Source: Myxococcota bacterium (GTDB lineage Bacteria > Myxococcota > JACRCW01). Taken from it: 64,000 bases of DNA. The position numbers were made by a program, and so were the translations under genes. Location of the stretch: NCBI GenBank assembly GCA_040752415.1, contig JBFMGU010000015.1, forward strand, positions 6,458 through 70,457, read 5' to 3'. Below the pieces are notes generated by a model, which was not told the DNA's origin, ran no database searches, and saw nothing but the letters and a program-made list of their open reading frames with translations. The first letter of the stretch is position 1. Each line of letters opens with the position of its first letter. Below, piece after piece: positions 40,223 to 50,889 of the stretch.

Positions 40223-41956
40223 TTGCGCAACGTCCAGGAAATCTTTGGCCGTTATCTCCTGCTCGAGCAGCTGGACGCCGAGGGTGCGGAGTCCTGGCTG
40301 GGCGTGGGGCTGGACCTGAGGGACTCCGACGCGCACGTGGTGGTGCGCCGGGTGCCGCTGTGGGTGACCCGCCGGCGCGCGCGGCTGCGGGAGATGGAAC
40401 GTGAGGTGGGCTGGCGCTCGCTGGGGGCGGATGCGTCGCTGCCGCGCGTGGTGGACAGCGGGATGGTGGGGGAGGTGCCGTACCTGGCGTACGCGTACGT
40501 GCCCGGCCTGACGGTGCAGCAGCTGCTGGATGCCGTGACGGCGGGACAGGCACCGCCGCCGCCGGGCGTGGTGATGATGCTGGCCATCTGCATGGTGAAC
40601 GCCATGCACGCGCTGGACAGCGCCGGGGCGGAGGACCTGGTGCGGGTGCATTTCTCACCGTCACGCGTGGTGTTGCCGTGGGAGGGATTCCCGGTGCTGG
40701 TGGGCCCGGGACGCGCGGCCGCGGCGGGACCCTCGCGGGAAGGGCTGTACGGGCTGGCCAACATGTTGTTCCGCTGTCTGACCGGACAGGGTGCGCTGCA
40801 GTGCGGTCAGCGGGTGCCGGATATCCGCGCGCTCAATCCCGCGGTGCCGCGTGCGTTCGCGGAGCAGGTGACCGCGTGCCTCGACGGTCGACTCACCGAG
40901 CAGGACCTGGGCCGCTTTGGCAACGCGGTGGAGTCGGTGCTGGCGGCGGAGGAGCACCGCACCGCGGAGGATCTGCAGGCGTACCTGGAGGCAACGTTCC
41001 CGCGTCAGCGACAGGGCTGGGAGGCGCGTCGGCTGGTGCATGAGCGGTTGCGGCGCAAGCTGCGCAGGGAGCGGACCGCGCGACCTTCCGTCGACGCCAT
41101 GGCCACGGTGGTGGAGGTGAAATTCCGGAGGGCGGAGCGCGGTTCCGCCAGCGTGGGGATGGAGGAGGTGCTGCCCAGCGTCCGTGCGGACCCGCAGGCG
41201 TTCCTCAAGGAGGACACGCAGGACACCACGGTGGTGAACCTGGTGCAGCCGGTGCCGCTCACCGCCGCGCGTCCCGCACCCAACCTGGAAATCCCGCGGG
41301 GCCACGTCATCCTCACGCGCGACGGGCGGGAGATGGTGCGCATCCCGGCGGGGCCGTTTCTCTTTGGCTCACCGTCGAGCTCGGTGGTGTTGCCGGAGTT
41401 CTTCATCGACCGCTTCCCGGTGACCAACACGGACTACGAACGCTTCCTGTTCGAGACGGAGCACCCCGCGCCACCGCACTGGAGCGGGCGGTCCGCACCG
41501 CGCGGGTTGGAGGAACACCCGGTGGTGGGCGTCTCCCACGCGGATGCGCAGGCGTATGCCACGTGGGCGGGGAAGTCGCTGCCTGTCGAGGAGGAATGGG
41601 AGAAGGCGGCGCGTGGGACGCAGGGATGGTTGTGGCCCCATGGGCCCGCGTTCCACCAGGAGCACGTGAGCCCGGAGTGGCGGAAGCGTCACGTCGAGAG
41701 GAAGACCATCCCGGTGGGGCGCTACTCGCCGCGCGGGGAGAGCCCGTTCGGCATTGCCGACGTGGGACATCTCTGGGAGTGGACGGCCACGCGGTACACC
41801 AACCCGGGCGCGTACGTGGTGCGGGGCGGGGTGTGGCGCAACCGCCAGGAGCCGGCGCAGGTCATCAACCGCAGCTACGAGGATGGGCGCGCGCCGGATG
41901 TGGGATTCCGCTGCATGGTTTCACCCGAGGGCGTGGCGGTGATCCGCCTGGATTGA
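40223..41956 (+). CDS. Pseudokinase-like N-terminal domain fused to a formylglycine-generating-enzyme (FGE-sulfatase/SUMF1, DUF323) domain
   Basis: The N-terminal 300 aa have a kinase-like fold but lack GxGxxG, the VAIK Lys, HRD and DFG. The C-terminus carries the FGE signature RGG(S/V)W...and GFRC. Confidence 0.7.
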   Translation: MRNVQEIFGRYLLLEQLDAEGAESWLGVGLDLRDSDAHVVVRRVPLWVTRRRARLREMEREVGWRSLGADASLPRVVDSGMVGEVPYLAYAYVPGLTVQQLLDAVTAGQAPPPPGVVMMLAICMVNAMHALDSAGAEDLVRVHFSPSRVVLPWEGFPVLVGPGRAAAAGPSREGLYGLANMLFRCLTGQGALQCGQRVPDIRALNPAVPRAFAEQVTACLDGRLTEQDLGRFGNAVESVLAAEEHRTAEDLQAYLEATFPRQRQGWEARRLVHERLRRKLRRERTARPSVDAMATVVEVKFRRAERGSASVGMEEVLPSVRADPQAFLKEDTQDTTVVNLVQPVPLTAARPAPNLEIPRGHVILTRDGREMVRIPAGPFLFGSPSSSVVLPEFFIDRFPVTNTDYERFLFETEHPAPPHWSGRSAPRGLEEHPVVGVSHADAQAYATWAGKSLPVEEEWEKAARGTQGWLWPHGPAFHQEHVSPEWRKRHVERKTIPVGRYSPRGESPFGIADVGHLWEWTATRYTNPGAYVVRGGVWRNRQEPAQVINRSYEDGRAPDVGFRCMVSPEGVAVIRLD

Positions 41957-41991
41957 CGCGAGAGCTGGTCGTCCCAGGCCTTCGCGTCGAC

Positions 41992-43008
41992 TTAGAGTGA
42001 GCGCGGGTCCTCCAACGCCTCTGCCGTGCACGCGCGTCCCATGCCTCCGCTGGTCACCGGGTTGCACCTTGAGGGCGTGCCGCCCGGAATCTCCACCCAG
42101 TAATCCCAGCCTCCATCCGGCGCGGGGTAGTCCGTCGTCACGATGTGCGCTCCCGACTCCAGCGCCGCCTGCAGCCGTGACCGGTCTCCCTGGCTGGGCT
42201 CCACGCTGTCCGCATCCGCCCGCGTCCGCACCAGCAGCCCCGCCGACAACGCCGCCACGATCTTCGCCTGGTCCGCGATGGGATCATTAAGCACCGCGAA
42301 GGCCGCGAAGGACTGCCCCGCCTCCGAGTTCACGAACATGAGCCGTCCGTCGAGGTCCTGCCCGCCGTGCGTGTAGAAGTCACGGAACCCACCGGCGTCA
42401 TCCCAGGCCAGCAGCACCTTCCCGCGCGTCTGGCGCAGCGTGGGCCACCCTCGTCGCACGCCCTCCGCCAGCGTGGGCGCGTCACCCTGCACCATGGCTG
42501 GCGTGATGAGCTTCTCGCCCCACACCTCGCGCGCAATGGCCTCGGCGGCTTGCGTGAAGGCCTCGTACACGTCGGGCGTGACGTTTCCCTTGGCCTCCAT
42601 CTGGATGACCATGGGGTGATGCATGGGATGGGCATCCGACCACGCGCGCAGCACGGAGAAGCACGCGCGCAGGTCCAGGCAGGTGCTCACCTGGTCTGCG
42701 TAGGGGATGTGGAACACGCGCACGCCGCCCGCGTCCGGCATCCAGTGCAGGTCCAGCTCAAAGGCGCGCACGCCCTGGCGCTCGGCCTGCTCGTCGAGCG
42801 GCGCGTGCGTGTAGTTCCACGCGAGCAGGTCCGCGTCGCCGCGGTAGTGGTAGCTGTTGTGCGTGCCCTTGGCCTGGATTTGGAACATCGTCCAGACATC
42901 ATCCTCGGCGTAGACAAACGGCGCCGGCCCGCCGTCCACGTTGGATGACGACGTGAGCGGGCAACCCATCAGCGCCAGGGAAGCGACCAGCGCGGTGCGT
43001 GCGTTCAT
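41992..43008 (-). CDS. PLC-like phosphodiesterase (PI-PLC X-domain-like) lipoprotein
   Basis: A signal plus lipobox LALMGC is present. The motifs GTHNSYH and the HW(M)P region resemble Ca-dependent PI-PLC-like phosphodiesterases. Confidence 0.55.
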   Translation of the reverse strand: MNARTALVASLALMGCPLTSSSNVDGGPAPFVYAEDDVWTMFQIQAKGTHNSYHYRGDADLLAWNYTHAPLDEQAERQGVRAFELDLHWMPDAGGVRVFHIPYADQVSTCLDLRACFSVLRAWSDAHPMHHPMVIQMEAKGNVTPDVYEAFTQAAEAIAREVWGEKLITPAMVQGDAPTLAEGVRRGWPTLRQTRGKVLLAWDDAGGFRDFYTHGGQDLDGRLMFVNSEAGQSFAAFAVLNDPIADQAKIVAALSAGLLVRTRADADSVEPSQGDRSRLQAALESGAHIVTTDYPAPDGGWDYWVEIPGGTPSRCNPVTSGGMGRACTAEALEDPRSL

Positions 43009-43032
43009 GGGCCGCCAGCATAGCGCAACCGC

Positions 43033-43545
43033 TCAGCCCGCCCGTGTGAACCACGCATCAAACGTGACCAGCACGCGGTCCTTCACCTTGATGGCGCCCA
43101 GCGGACCTTTCACCTCGGCAATGCCCAGCGCGGCCAGGGAGAGCTCCACCTCCCCGGTGACATGCCCTTCTCCGTCGTGACGCGCGCGACCCGTGAACGA
43201 TGCCCGACGGGAACCTGCCTCCAGCGTGAACGTGGGCGCACCGCCCGCGGGCATCCGCGCCGTCACCCGCACCTCGCGCGCGCCGGCAAACACCTCGTCC
43301 CGGATGCGCTCCTCGATCTTCGCCCGGTCCGACGCACTCAGCACCCCGCGGTCCACCGCGCCCTTCTTCAGCACCCCATCCACCCGCAGTCCGCGGACGG
43401 GGAAGATGACTGTCGCTGTGTCCCCGTCGGAGACCGAGCCTGACTGGGGCTCCGCGGTGATGACCAGGTCGTGCGCCAGGGCGGACAGCACGCCGGTGGC
43501 CCACGTCTGCACGGTGACGCGCGTGCGCGCGGTGTCCAGCTTCAT
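43033..43545 (-). CDS. Hypothetical protein
   Basis: The start MKLDTARTRV is about 170 aa from the C-terminus. The start coordinate is uncertain by plus or minus 9 nt. It overlaps the upstream epimerase gene by 4 nt. Confidence 0.45.
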   Translation of the reverse strand: MKLDTARTRVTVQTWATGVLSALAHDLVITAEPQSGSVSDGDTATVIFPVRGLRVDGVLKKGAVDRGVLSASDRAKIEERIRDEVFAGAREVRVTARMPAGGAPTFTLEAGSRRASFTGRARHDGEGHVTGEVELSLAALGIAEVKGPLGAIKVKDRVLVTFDAWFTRAG

Positions 43546-44510
43546 GGCTGCTCCATCTGCCGCAGTCCCTCCTCGCGCGTCATGCGACCCACGTAGCCAA
43601 TTTCCCGTCGAGCCTTGGCATCGCTGACGGTGACCTCCTCGCCCACCAGCAGCACCGCGGTGCGGGTGACGGGCGGCGCGCCGGCCAGGTGGAACGTGCG
43701 CCACACCGCTTCCGCCGTCGACGCGGCCGCGTAGGCCAGCCAGCGGGGAATGCTCCCGTTGCCCGGGTCCACGCCCTGCGTCTTCAGCATGGCCGTCATG
43801 AAACCGCGGAACTCCACCGGCTCCCCGTCGGTGAGGAAGTAGATCTCCCCCGGGCGACCCCGTTCCGCGGCGGCCATGAGCCCCTCGCACACGTTGGCCA
43901 CGTGGCACGTGGAGGTCAGGTAGTGCCCGCCGTCAAACCAGCGGAACTGCCCGCGCTTCACCGCCTCCACGAACTTGGGCAGCAGCGACGTGTCCCCCTT
44001 GCCCCAGATGAAGCGCGGCCGACACACCACCGTCTCCAGCCCGTTGCCATTGGCCGCCAGCACGCGCTCCTCGGCCAGTCCCTTGGTCAGCGGGTAGAGC
44101 CCCAGCGGATGACGCGGTCGCGGGCGCGTCTCATCCACCCGCACCAGCGGCGTCCCGTCGACGAGCACCGCCTCCGTCCCCACGTGCACCACGCGTTTCA
44201 CGCCGGCAGCACGCGCCGCGGCCAGGACCCGCTCGGTCCCGCCCACGTTCACGCGCATGAAGTCCTCCAGCCGGCCCCAATCCTCCACGTGCGCGGCGGC
44301 GTGGAAGACCACGTCACATCCCGCCATTCCGCGCGCCATGGCGTCCTGCTGGTCCAGGTCACCCTCGACGGGAACCGCGCCCAGCACACGCACCGCTTCG
44401 GCGGACTTGGGCGACCGCGTCAGGGCCGCCACGTCGTGACCCTGGTCCTTCAGCTGGCGGATGAGATTGCGCCCCACAAATCCCGACCCGCCCGTCACGA
44501 ATGCTCGCAT
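43542..44510 (-). CDS. NAD-dependent epimerase/dehydratase (extended SDR)
   Basis: The start is MRAFVTGGSGFVG. The Rossmann GxxGxxG and YxxxK-type active-site regions are present. Confidence 0.8.
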   Translation of the reverse strand: MRAFVTGGSGFVGRNLIRQLKDQGHDVAALTRSPKSAEAVRVLGAVPVEGDLDQQDAMARGMAGCDVVFHAAAHVEDWGRLEDFMRVNVGGTERVLAAARAAGVKRVVHVGTEAVLVDGTPLVRVDETRPRPRHPLGLYPLTKGLAEERVLAANGNGLETVVCRPRFIWGKGDTSLLPKFVEAVKRGQFRWFDGGHYLTSTCHVANVCEGLMAAAERGRPGEIYFLTDGEPVEFRGFMTAMLKTQGVDPGNGSIPRWLAYAAASTAEAVWRTFHLAGAPPVTRTAVLLVGEEVTVSDAKARREIGYVGRMTREEGLRQMEQP

Positions 44511-44629
44511 CCCGCCGTGATGCAACGGTTGCAGCCCGCGCGCAACGGGCGCATCATGCGCGGTGCTGCCCGCCCGTTCAGTCACGTCTGCCCGCTCCCG
44601 CACCGTCGGGGTCCGGGGCCAGGAGCGCA

Positions 44630-46006
44630 ATGGACGAGACCGAGACCATTGAGCTCCCAGCCGGCTCGCCACCGCAGGCCCTGGGTCGGTATCTCCTGCT
44701 CCAGCTCATTGGTGAGGGCGGCATGGCCCAGGTGTGGCGCGGCGTGAGCGTGGGCACCGCCGGCTTCACCAAGCCCGTGGCCGTCAAGCGCATCCTCCCG
44801 CACCTCGCCGGGGAGCGCGCCTTCGTCAACATGTTCATCGACGAGGCCAAGATCGCCTCCACCATTTCGCACCCCAACGTGGTGCAGGTGCTGGACCTCG
44901 GCGAGGAGGAGGGCGCGCACTACATCGTCATGGAGTACGTGGCGGGACGCTCCCTGGCCTCCGTGCAGGAGACGTTTCGCGCGCGCGGCAAGAGCCTGCC
45001 GGTGGGCTTCTGCCTGGAGGTGGTCCACCAGACGCTGATGGGACTGAAGGCCGCGCACCAGAAGAAGGACAGCGCGGGTAGACCCATGAACATCATCCAC
45101 CGCGACGTCAGCCCGTCGAACATCCTCGTCGGGTACAACGGCGTGGTGAAGCTGGGAGACTTTGGCATTGCGCGCGCCAACAGCCGCCTCTCCCGCACGG
45201 AGGTGGGGACGCTGCGCGGCAAGCCCGCGTACATGGCGCCGGAGATGGTGAAGGAGGCGGGCGTCGACCATCGCGCGGACATCTACGCCGTGGGCGTGGT
45301 GCTCCATGAGCTGATTGCCATGAAGCCCATGCGTGAAGGCCACACCGCGCAGCTCCTCTTTGACGTCACCGCCGGCACCTATCCGCGCCTGGCGGACCTG
45401 GGCGTCAACGCGCCGCCGTCCATCCAGAAGCTCGTGGACAAGGCGCTGGCGCCGGACCTGGAGAAACGCTTCCGCGACGCGCACGCCTTTGCCGCCGCGG
45501 TGCGTGAGGTGGCCGCCGAGCTCAAGGAGGAATGGACCCCGGAGCGGGTCAGCGCGCTCATGCTGGAGACCTTCCCCGACGAGGCCGCCAAGGAAGGCGA
45601 GGCGGAGCGCGTGCAGACCCAGACGCTCTCCAACTGGCGCGACGGCACCCCCGCGGCCACGCCTCGTCCCGCCGGGGTTCCCTCCACTTCGGGGGAGAAA
45701 CGTCCGGTCCCGGTTCCCTTCCACCGCAACCTCGTGGTGGCGCAGCCCGCGCGACGAGGTGTGCCGCGTTGGTGGTGGGTGGCGGGCGTGGTGGCGGTGC
45801 TGCTGGTGGGCGGCGGTGCGGCCTACCTGGTGACGGAGAAGCCGTGGGCCGCGGGAGAGAAGACCGTGCAGACCGAGGAGCCCGGAAGCCGTCCTCCCAG
45901 CACGCGCAAACGTCCCGTCCGTCGGGCGCGGCCGCGCAGCAGCACTCCGGCCGAGGGCGCACCCCGCGGCGAGAACGCGGACAGGGCCAATCACCACCGG
46001 CGTTAG
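44630..46006 (+). CDS. Ser/Thr protein kinase with a single TM and a basic C-terminal tail
   Basis: The start is MDETETIELP. The kinase motifs are GEGGMAQVW, VAVK, HRDVSPSN and DFG. The TM is WWWVAGVVAVLLVGG. Confidence 0.85.
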   Translation: MDETETIELPAGSPPQALGRYLLLQLIGEGGMAQVWRGVSVGTAGFTKPVAVKRILPHLAGERAFVNMFIDEAKIASTISHPNVVQVLDLGEEEGAHYIVMEYVAGRSLASVQETFRARGKSLPVGFCLEVVHQTLMGLKAAHQKKDSAGRPMNIIHRDVSPSNILVGYNGVVKLGDFGIARANSRLSRTEVGTLRGKPAYMAPEMVKEAGVDHRADIYAVGVVLHELIAMKPMREGHTAQLLFDVTAGTYPRLADLGVNAPPSIQKLVDKALAPDLEKRFRDAHAFAAAVREVAAELKEEWTPERVSALMLETFPDEAAKEGEAERVQTQTLSNWRDGTPAATPRPAGVPSTSGEKRPVPVPFHRNLVVAQPARRGVPRWWWVAGVVAVLLVGGGAAYLVTEKPWAAGEKTVQTEEPGSRPPSTRKRPVRRARPRSSTPAEGAPRGENADRANHHRR

Positions 46007-46164
46007 GCCTGCTTAGCGTACGCACTGGCCCACGCTGCGCGGCCCCGTTACGTCGACGGAAAGCATGATGTGACGGTGAGGCAGCCGCGCCATGCGTGTG
46101 GTCTGCCGTGGGCTTCCGCGGGTCCCACTCCCCGTGCCGCCCGCCCCCACGACGGAGCATCTCC

Positions 46165-47373
46165 ATGATCGGTGGCTTCCGACTGCTGCGCATCTGCGGG
46201 ATCGACATCCACCTGGACTGGAGCCTGGTGTTCATCTTCGCCATGGTGGCGTTCAACCTCGGCCTCGGCGTGATTCCGCTGTGGCACCCGGACTGGGGAG
46301 AGACCACCACGTGGCTCGTGTCCAGCTTCGCCGCGGTGCTGTTCGTCTCGTCGGTGCTGGTCCATGAGCTCAGCCATGCGCTGGTGGCCAAGGCTCATGG
46401 CATCCCGGTTCCACGCATCACGCTGTTCATCTTCGGCGGCATGGCCAACATCGAGCGGGAGCCCGCCACCGCGCGCGCGGAGCTGCTCATCGCCAGCGCC
46501 GGCCCCGTGGTCAGCTTGCTGCTGGGACTGGGTTGCATGGGCACCGCGCTGGGGCTCAACGCGCAACCCATGATGCTCACCGAGGAGACGCTGCTGCTGG
46601 TGCGCCAGATGGGTCCGGTCTCGACGCTGCTGGCCTGGTTGGGGCCGGTCAACGTCATCCTCGCCATCTTCAACATGGTGCCCGCATTCCCGCTGGACGG
46701 CGGACGCGTGCTGCGCGCCGGACTCTGGGCCGTCAGCGGCAATCACCATCTCGCCACGCGGTGCGCCGCGCGGACCGGGCAGGCTTTTGGCGCCGTCCTG
46801 TTGAGCAGTGGCGTCGTCATGGCGTTGGGACGGGAGATTCCGCTGTTGGGCAGCGGGCTGGTGCAGGGAATGTGGACCGCGTTCATCGGCTGGTTCCTGG
46901 TGAACGCCGCGTCGTCGGCGTTGCGCCAGAACCGGCTGCAGGAGCTGTTGGAGCAGGTGCTGGTGGAGGAGCTCATGCGCACCAACCTGGCCACCGTCTC
47001 GCCGGACACGGACGTGCAGACCCTGGTGCGGGAGCACCTCATGCCCGCGCGGGACCCCGTGATGCCGGTGGTGGACGGGGAAACCTGGTTGGGCATGGTG
47101 GGGCTGTCCGACGTGGACAAGGTCAACCGCGCCCACTGGGACATGGTGACGGTGGCGGAGATCATGACGCCGGCCTCCGAGATCCTGGTGGCGCAGCGGG
47201 GACAGGATGCGTTGCAGGCGCTCAAGGACCTGGGAGAGCAGGACAGCGCGCACATGCCGGTGGTCGACGGAGGAAGGCTGCTGGGGCTGCTCTGGCAGCA
47301 GGACATCATCCAGTGGCTGGAGATGGCCACGCATTCCCCCCGGGACCTGGGAAACACGGCGGAAGCGCATTGA
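46165..47373 (+). CDS. Site-2 protease family (M50) metallopeptidase with tandem CBS domains
   Basis: The HExxH motif HELSHA lies in a TM segment and FPLDGG is the second zinc ligand region. The C-terminus carries a CBS pair. Confidence 0.8.
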   Translation: MIGGFRLLRICGIDIHLDWSLVFIFAMVAFNLGLGVIPLWHPDWGETTTWLVSSFAAVLFVSSVLVHELSHALVAKAHGIPVPRITLFIFGGMANIEREPATARAELLIASAGPVVSLLLGLGCMGTALGLNAQPMMLTEETLLLVRQMGPVSTLLAWLGPVNVILAIFNMVPAFPLDGGRVLRAGLWAVSGNHHLATRCAARTGQAFGAVLLSSGVVMALGREIPLLGSGLVQGMWTAFIGWFLVNAASSALRQNRLQELLEQVLVEELMRTNLATVSPDTDVQTLVREHLMPARDPVMPVVDGETWLGMVGLSDVDKVNRAHWDMVTVAEIMTPASEILVAQRGQDALQALKDLGEQDSAHMPVVDGGRLLGLLWQQDIIQWLEMATHSPRDLGNTAEAH

Positions 47374-47504
47374 CGCGCGCACCACGGAGCCGGTTGCCCG
47401 ACGGAACTGCGACGTTATCCTACGAAGGAGCCCCTCACATGTTCGCGCTCCGCGGGCCACGCGCACGGCGTGGTGACGCCGGATTGCCACCCAAGGACCC
47501 ACGG

Positions 47505-48182
47505 ATGCACATCACGCGGCGGACTCCCATCCTGGTTCTCCTTGGCGCGCTGGGCATCCCGTCACCGTCCCTGGCGGACGTGCAGGACGTGCCGGTGCCT
47601 TCCGTCGAGAAGGAACCGGTGCAAGCCCCCGCGCAGAAGGGCAGCAGCTCCCTCAAGAAGGACGAAGAGCCCGTCATCCCACCCGCCACGCCCGAGAACG
47701 GCGCGCTCACCGGCAAGCCCCGCCCCCGTCCGGGTGAGCCGGCACGCGCGGAGGAGCAGAAGCGTCGCAAGCATGACACCACGGCGCCAGCTCCCGCGGA
47801 GTCCAATGGCACGCGTCTCCGTCGTCGGCTGGGGGAGGGCGGCGCGCCGTTCACGGGTCCGGAGCGACACCCCCAGACGACGGGCAGGCTGGACGCGCGC
47901 CTGGTGGAGCCGGAGCGGAACGCGGAGCGCAAGAGCGCCACCGTCGAGGTTTCCTTGCGCGGCGTGCAGCTCGTGGACCCTGCCAGCGTGCAGGAGAATC
48001 CGCGCGCGGGGCAGGCCCACCTGCAATACCGGCTCGACGACGGCCCCGTGATTGCCACCACCAGCACGCGTCTGAGCTTCCAGGATCTCACGTCGGGTGA
48101 GCACGAGGTGGTGGTGATGCTTGCCGGCAATGACAGTCAGCCGCTGGGACCCAGGGAGACACTCAACTTCACGATTCCATGA
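47505..48182 (+). CDS. Hypothetical secreted protein
   Basis: The signal is MHITRRTPILVLLGALGIPSPSLA. A Pro/Glu-rich linker precedes a C-terminal beta domain. Confidence 0.5.
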   Translation: MHITRRTPILVLLGALGIPSPSLADVQDVPVPSVEKEPVQAPAQKGSSSLKKDEEPVIPPATPENGALTGKPRPRPGEPARAEEQKRRKHDTTAPAPAESNGTRLRRRLGEGGAPFTGPERHPQTTGRLDARLVEPERNAERKSATVEVSLRGVQLVDPASVQENPRAGQAHLQYRLDDGPVIATTSTRLSFQDLTSGEHEVVVMLAGNDSQPLGPRETLNFTIP

Positions 48183-48398
48183 TGTGGCGCTCGCGGCATG
48201 ACGGGTTGGGTCATCCGCGGGTGAAACAGGGAGCGGCCTGAGGCCGAGGGTGGGCCGCGGTCCTGCCGGACAAGGCGCCTGGTGTTCCAACACCGGGAAT
48301 CCTGCCCGGTGGCACCGCGGCCATTTTCTTTCCCCTCGCTCGACGTGACGGTCACCCCGGAGGCACGCTTTCCGGGAAGCTCAACGACGAGGAACGTC

Positions 48399-49793
48399 AT
48401 GGCCACCCGTCTTGAAACCGACAGCATGGGCAGCATCCCCGTGGAGGAGGACCGCTACTGGGGCGCGCAGACGCAACGCAGCCTGCAGAACTTCCGCATT
48501 GGCCAGGAGCGTTTCCCGCGTGTCTTCCTCCGCGCCTACGGGCTCTTCAAGCAGGCCGCCGCCGAGGTCAACGCGGAGCTGGCTGAGCTCCCCCGTGACA
48601 TCGCCGAGCTCATCATCCGCGCCGCTGACGACGTCATCTCCGGCCGCCTCGACGATCACTTCCCGCTGGTGGTGTGGCAGACGGGCAGCGGCACGCAGAC
48701 CAACATGAACGTCAATGAGGTCATCTCCAACCGCGCCATCGAGCTGGCCGGCGGAGTGCTGGGAAGCAAGACGCCGGTGCATCCCAATGACCACGTCAAC
48801 CGCGGGCAGAGCAGCAATGACAGCTTCCCCACCGTCATGCACCTGGCCGCCGCGCTGGCCGTGCAGGAGGAACTGCTCCCCGCCGTGGACGCGTTGTGCG
48901 GCACGCTGGAGGACAAGGCGCGCCAGTTTGATGACGTCATCAAGATCGGCCGCACGCACCTGCAGGACGCCACACCGCTGACGCTGGGCCAGGAGATGAG
49001 CGGATGGGTGGCGCAGCTGAGGACGGGCCAGGCCGCCATCACGACGACGTTGCCGATGGTCTACCAGCTGGCCGTGGGCGGCACCGCGGTGGGTACCGGG
49101 CTGAACAGTCACGTCGAGTTCGCGCGGAGGATGGCGGACCGGCTCGCGCGCAAGACGGGCCTGCCGCTGGTGACCGCGCCCAACAAGTTCGCGGCGCTGG
49201 CGGGTCATGAGGCGCTGGTGATGCTCTCCGGAGCGCTCAACACGCTGGCGTGCGCGTACATGAAGGTGGCCAATGACGTGCGCTGGTTGGCTTCCGGGCC
49301 GCGCTCCGGGCTGGGCGAGATTTCCATCCCGGAGAATGAGCCCGGGTCCTCCATCATGCCGGGAAAGGTGAACCCCACGCAGAGCGAGGCCGCGACGATG
49401 GTGTGCTGCCAGGTGATGGGCAACCACACCGCGGTGACGGTGGCGGGGAGCCAGGGGAACTTCGAGCTCAACGTCTACAAGCCGGTGATCATCCACAACG
49501 TGCTGCAATCCACGCGGCTGCTCGCCGACAGCATGCGCATGTTCAACGAGCATTGCGCGGTGGGCATCACGCCCAACCGGGCGCGCATCCAGGAGTTGAT
49601 GAACCAGAGCCTCATGCTGGTCACCGCGCTCAATCCGCACATTGGCTACGACAACGCCGCGCGCGTGGCCAAGAAGGCGCACCAGGAGGGAATCACGCTG
49701 CGGGAAGCCGCCAAGGCGTTGGGCCTCCTCACCGACGAGCAGTTTGACCAATGGGTCCGGCCCGAGCGGATGGTGCGACCGGGATCCCATTGA
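48399..49793 (+). CDS. fumC: Fumarate hydratase class II
   Basis: The signature [16 protein letters not shown] is present, with a full-length alignment pattern to FumC. Confidence 0.9.
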   Translation: MATRLETDSMGSIPVEEDRYWGAQTQRSLQNFRIGQERFPRVFLRAYGLFKQAAAEVNAELAELPRDIAELIIRAADDVISGRLDDHFPLVVWQTGSGTQTNMNVNEVISNRAIELAGGVLGSKTPVHPNDHVNRGQSSNDSFPTVMHLAAALAVQEELLPAVDALCGTLEDKARQFDDVIKIGRTHLQDATPLTLGQEMSGWVAQLRTGQAAITTTLPMVYQLAVGGTAVGTGLNSHVEFARRMADRLARKTGLPLVTAPNKFAALAGHEALVMLSGALNTLACAYMKVANDVRWLASGPRSGLGEISIPENEPGSSIMPGKVNPTQSEAATMVCCQVMGNHTAVTVAGSQGNFELNVYKPVIIHNVLQSTRLLADSMRMFNEHCAVGITPNRARIQELMNQSLMLVTALNPHIGYDNAARVAKKAHQEGITLREAAKALGLLTDEQFDQWVRPERMVRPGSH

Positions 49794-49992
49794 GGGCTTC
49801 CGTGTTGCGGTGGTGATCGGCGGTCGTTATCAATGTGGGCATCAACCCTCCTGGTTGTCGTTGTCGGTTGAGACGGGTCCGGGGTCCACCTTCATGCGCG
49901 GGTGGACCCCATTTTCTTTTCTGCGCACCGCGTCACCTTGCGCGCTCGCAACCCGTTTGTTGCGCCGCCAATCCGCGCTACGACCACCTCGC

Positions 49993-50889
49993 ATGACGCC
50001 CCGCGCCGCTCCCTGGCTCACGTTCGCCATTCGCATCTGGCGCCGGGCGGAGGCGCATGACGTCTTCGGTCGGGCGGCGCAGCTCAGCTACTACCTGCTG
50101 CTGGCGGTGTTCCCCGCGCTGCTCTTCATCACCGCGCTGTTCGGGCTGATGGCGGAGACCGGCACCGCGCTCCGGGACGCGCTCTTCACCCGCCTGCAAC
50201 AGGTGATGCCGCCCTCCGCGCTGGACCTCGTCGACGGGACACTGCGCGAGATTTCCGCCGGCGCCGGCGGTGGGAAGCTCTCCCTGGGCGTGCTGGGGAC
50301 GGTGTGGGCCGCGGCGCGCGGCATGCGGGCCATCCAGTCCGCGCTGAACGTGGCCTACGGCGTGCGGGAGACGCGCGGATGGTGGCGCGCGCGCGTGACG
50401 TCGGTGCTGCTCACCGTGGCCATTCCCGTCTTCATGATCACCGGCATGGTCCTGGCGCTCTACGGGAGCCGGATTGCGCGCGCGCTGGCCACGCACCTGG
50501 GCTTCTCCTCGCTGTTCACCTTCGCGTGGGAGCTCCTGCAGTGGCCGCTGGCCGCGTTCTTCGTCGTGGCGGCGTTCAACCTGGTGGACCACTTTGCCCC
50601 CGCGCGGAAGCGACGCTGGCGCTGGGTCACCTCCGGTGCCACCGCCGGCGCGGCGTTGTGGCTCGTGGCCTCCGTGGGACTGCGCATCTACCTCTCGTAC
50701 TTTGACACCTACAGCGCCACGTACGGTTCCCTGGGTGCGGTCATCGTCCTGATGGTGTGGCTCTACCTGACCGGTATTGCCATCCTGGTGGTGGGGGAGG
50801 TCAACGCGGAGCTGGAGTCCACGTCGTCACAAGCCGCGCTCATTCCTCACGGTGACCGCCCAGGCGCAGCAGCATCAGGAACAGGTTGA
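49993..50889 (+). CDS. YihY/BrkB-family membrane protein
   Basis: The start is MTPRAAPW and about six TMs are predicted. The motif AAQLSYYLLLAVFPALL is conserved. Confidence 0.7.
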   Translation: MTPRAAPWLTFAIRIWRRAEAHDVFGRAAQLSYYLLLAVFPALLFITALFGLMAETGTALRDALFTRLQQVMPPSALDLVDGTLREISAGAGGGKLSLGVLGTVWAAARGMRAIQSALNVAYGVRETRGWWRARVTSVLLTVAIPVFMITGMVLALYGSRIARALATHLGFSSLFTFAWELLQWPLAAFFVVAAFNLVDHFAPARKRRWRWVTSGATAGAALWLVASVGLRIYLSYFDTYSATYGSLGAVIVLMVWLYLTGIAILVVGEVNAELESTSSQAALIPHGDRPGAAASGTG

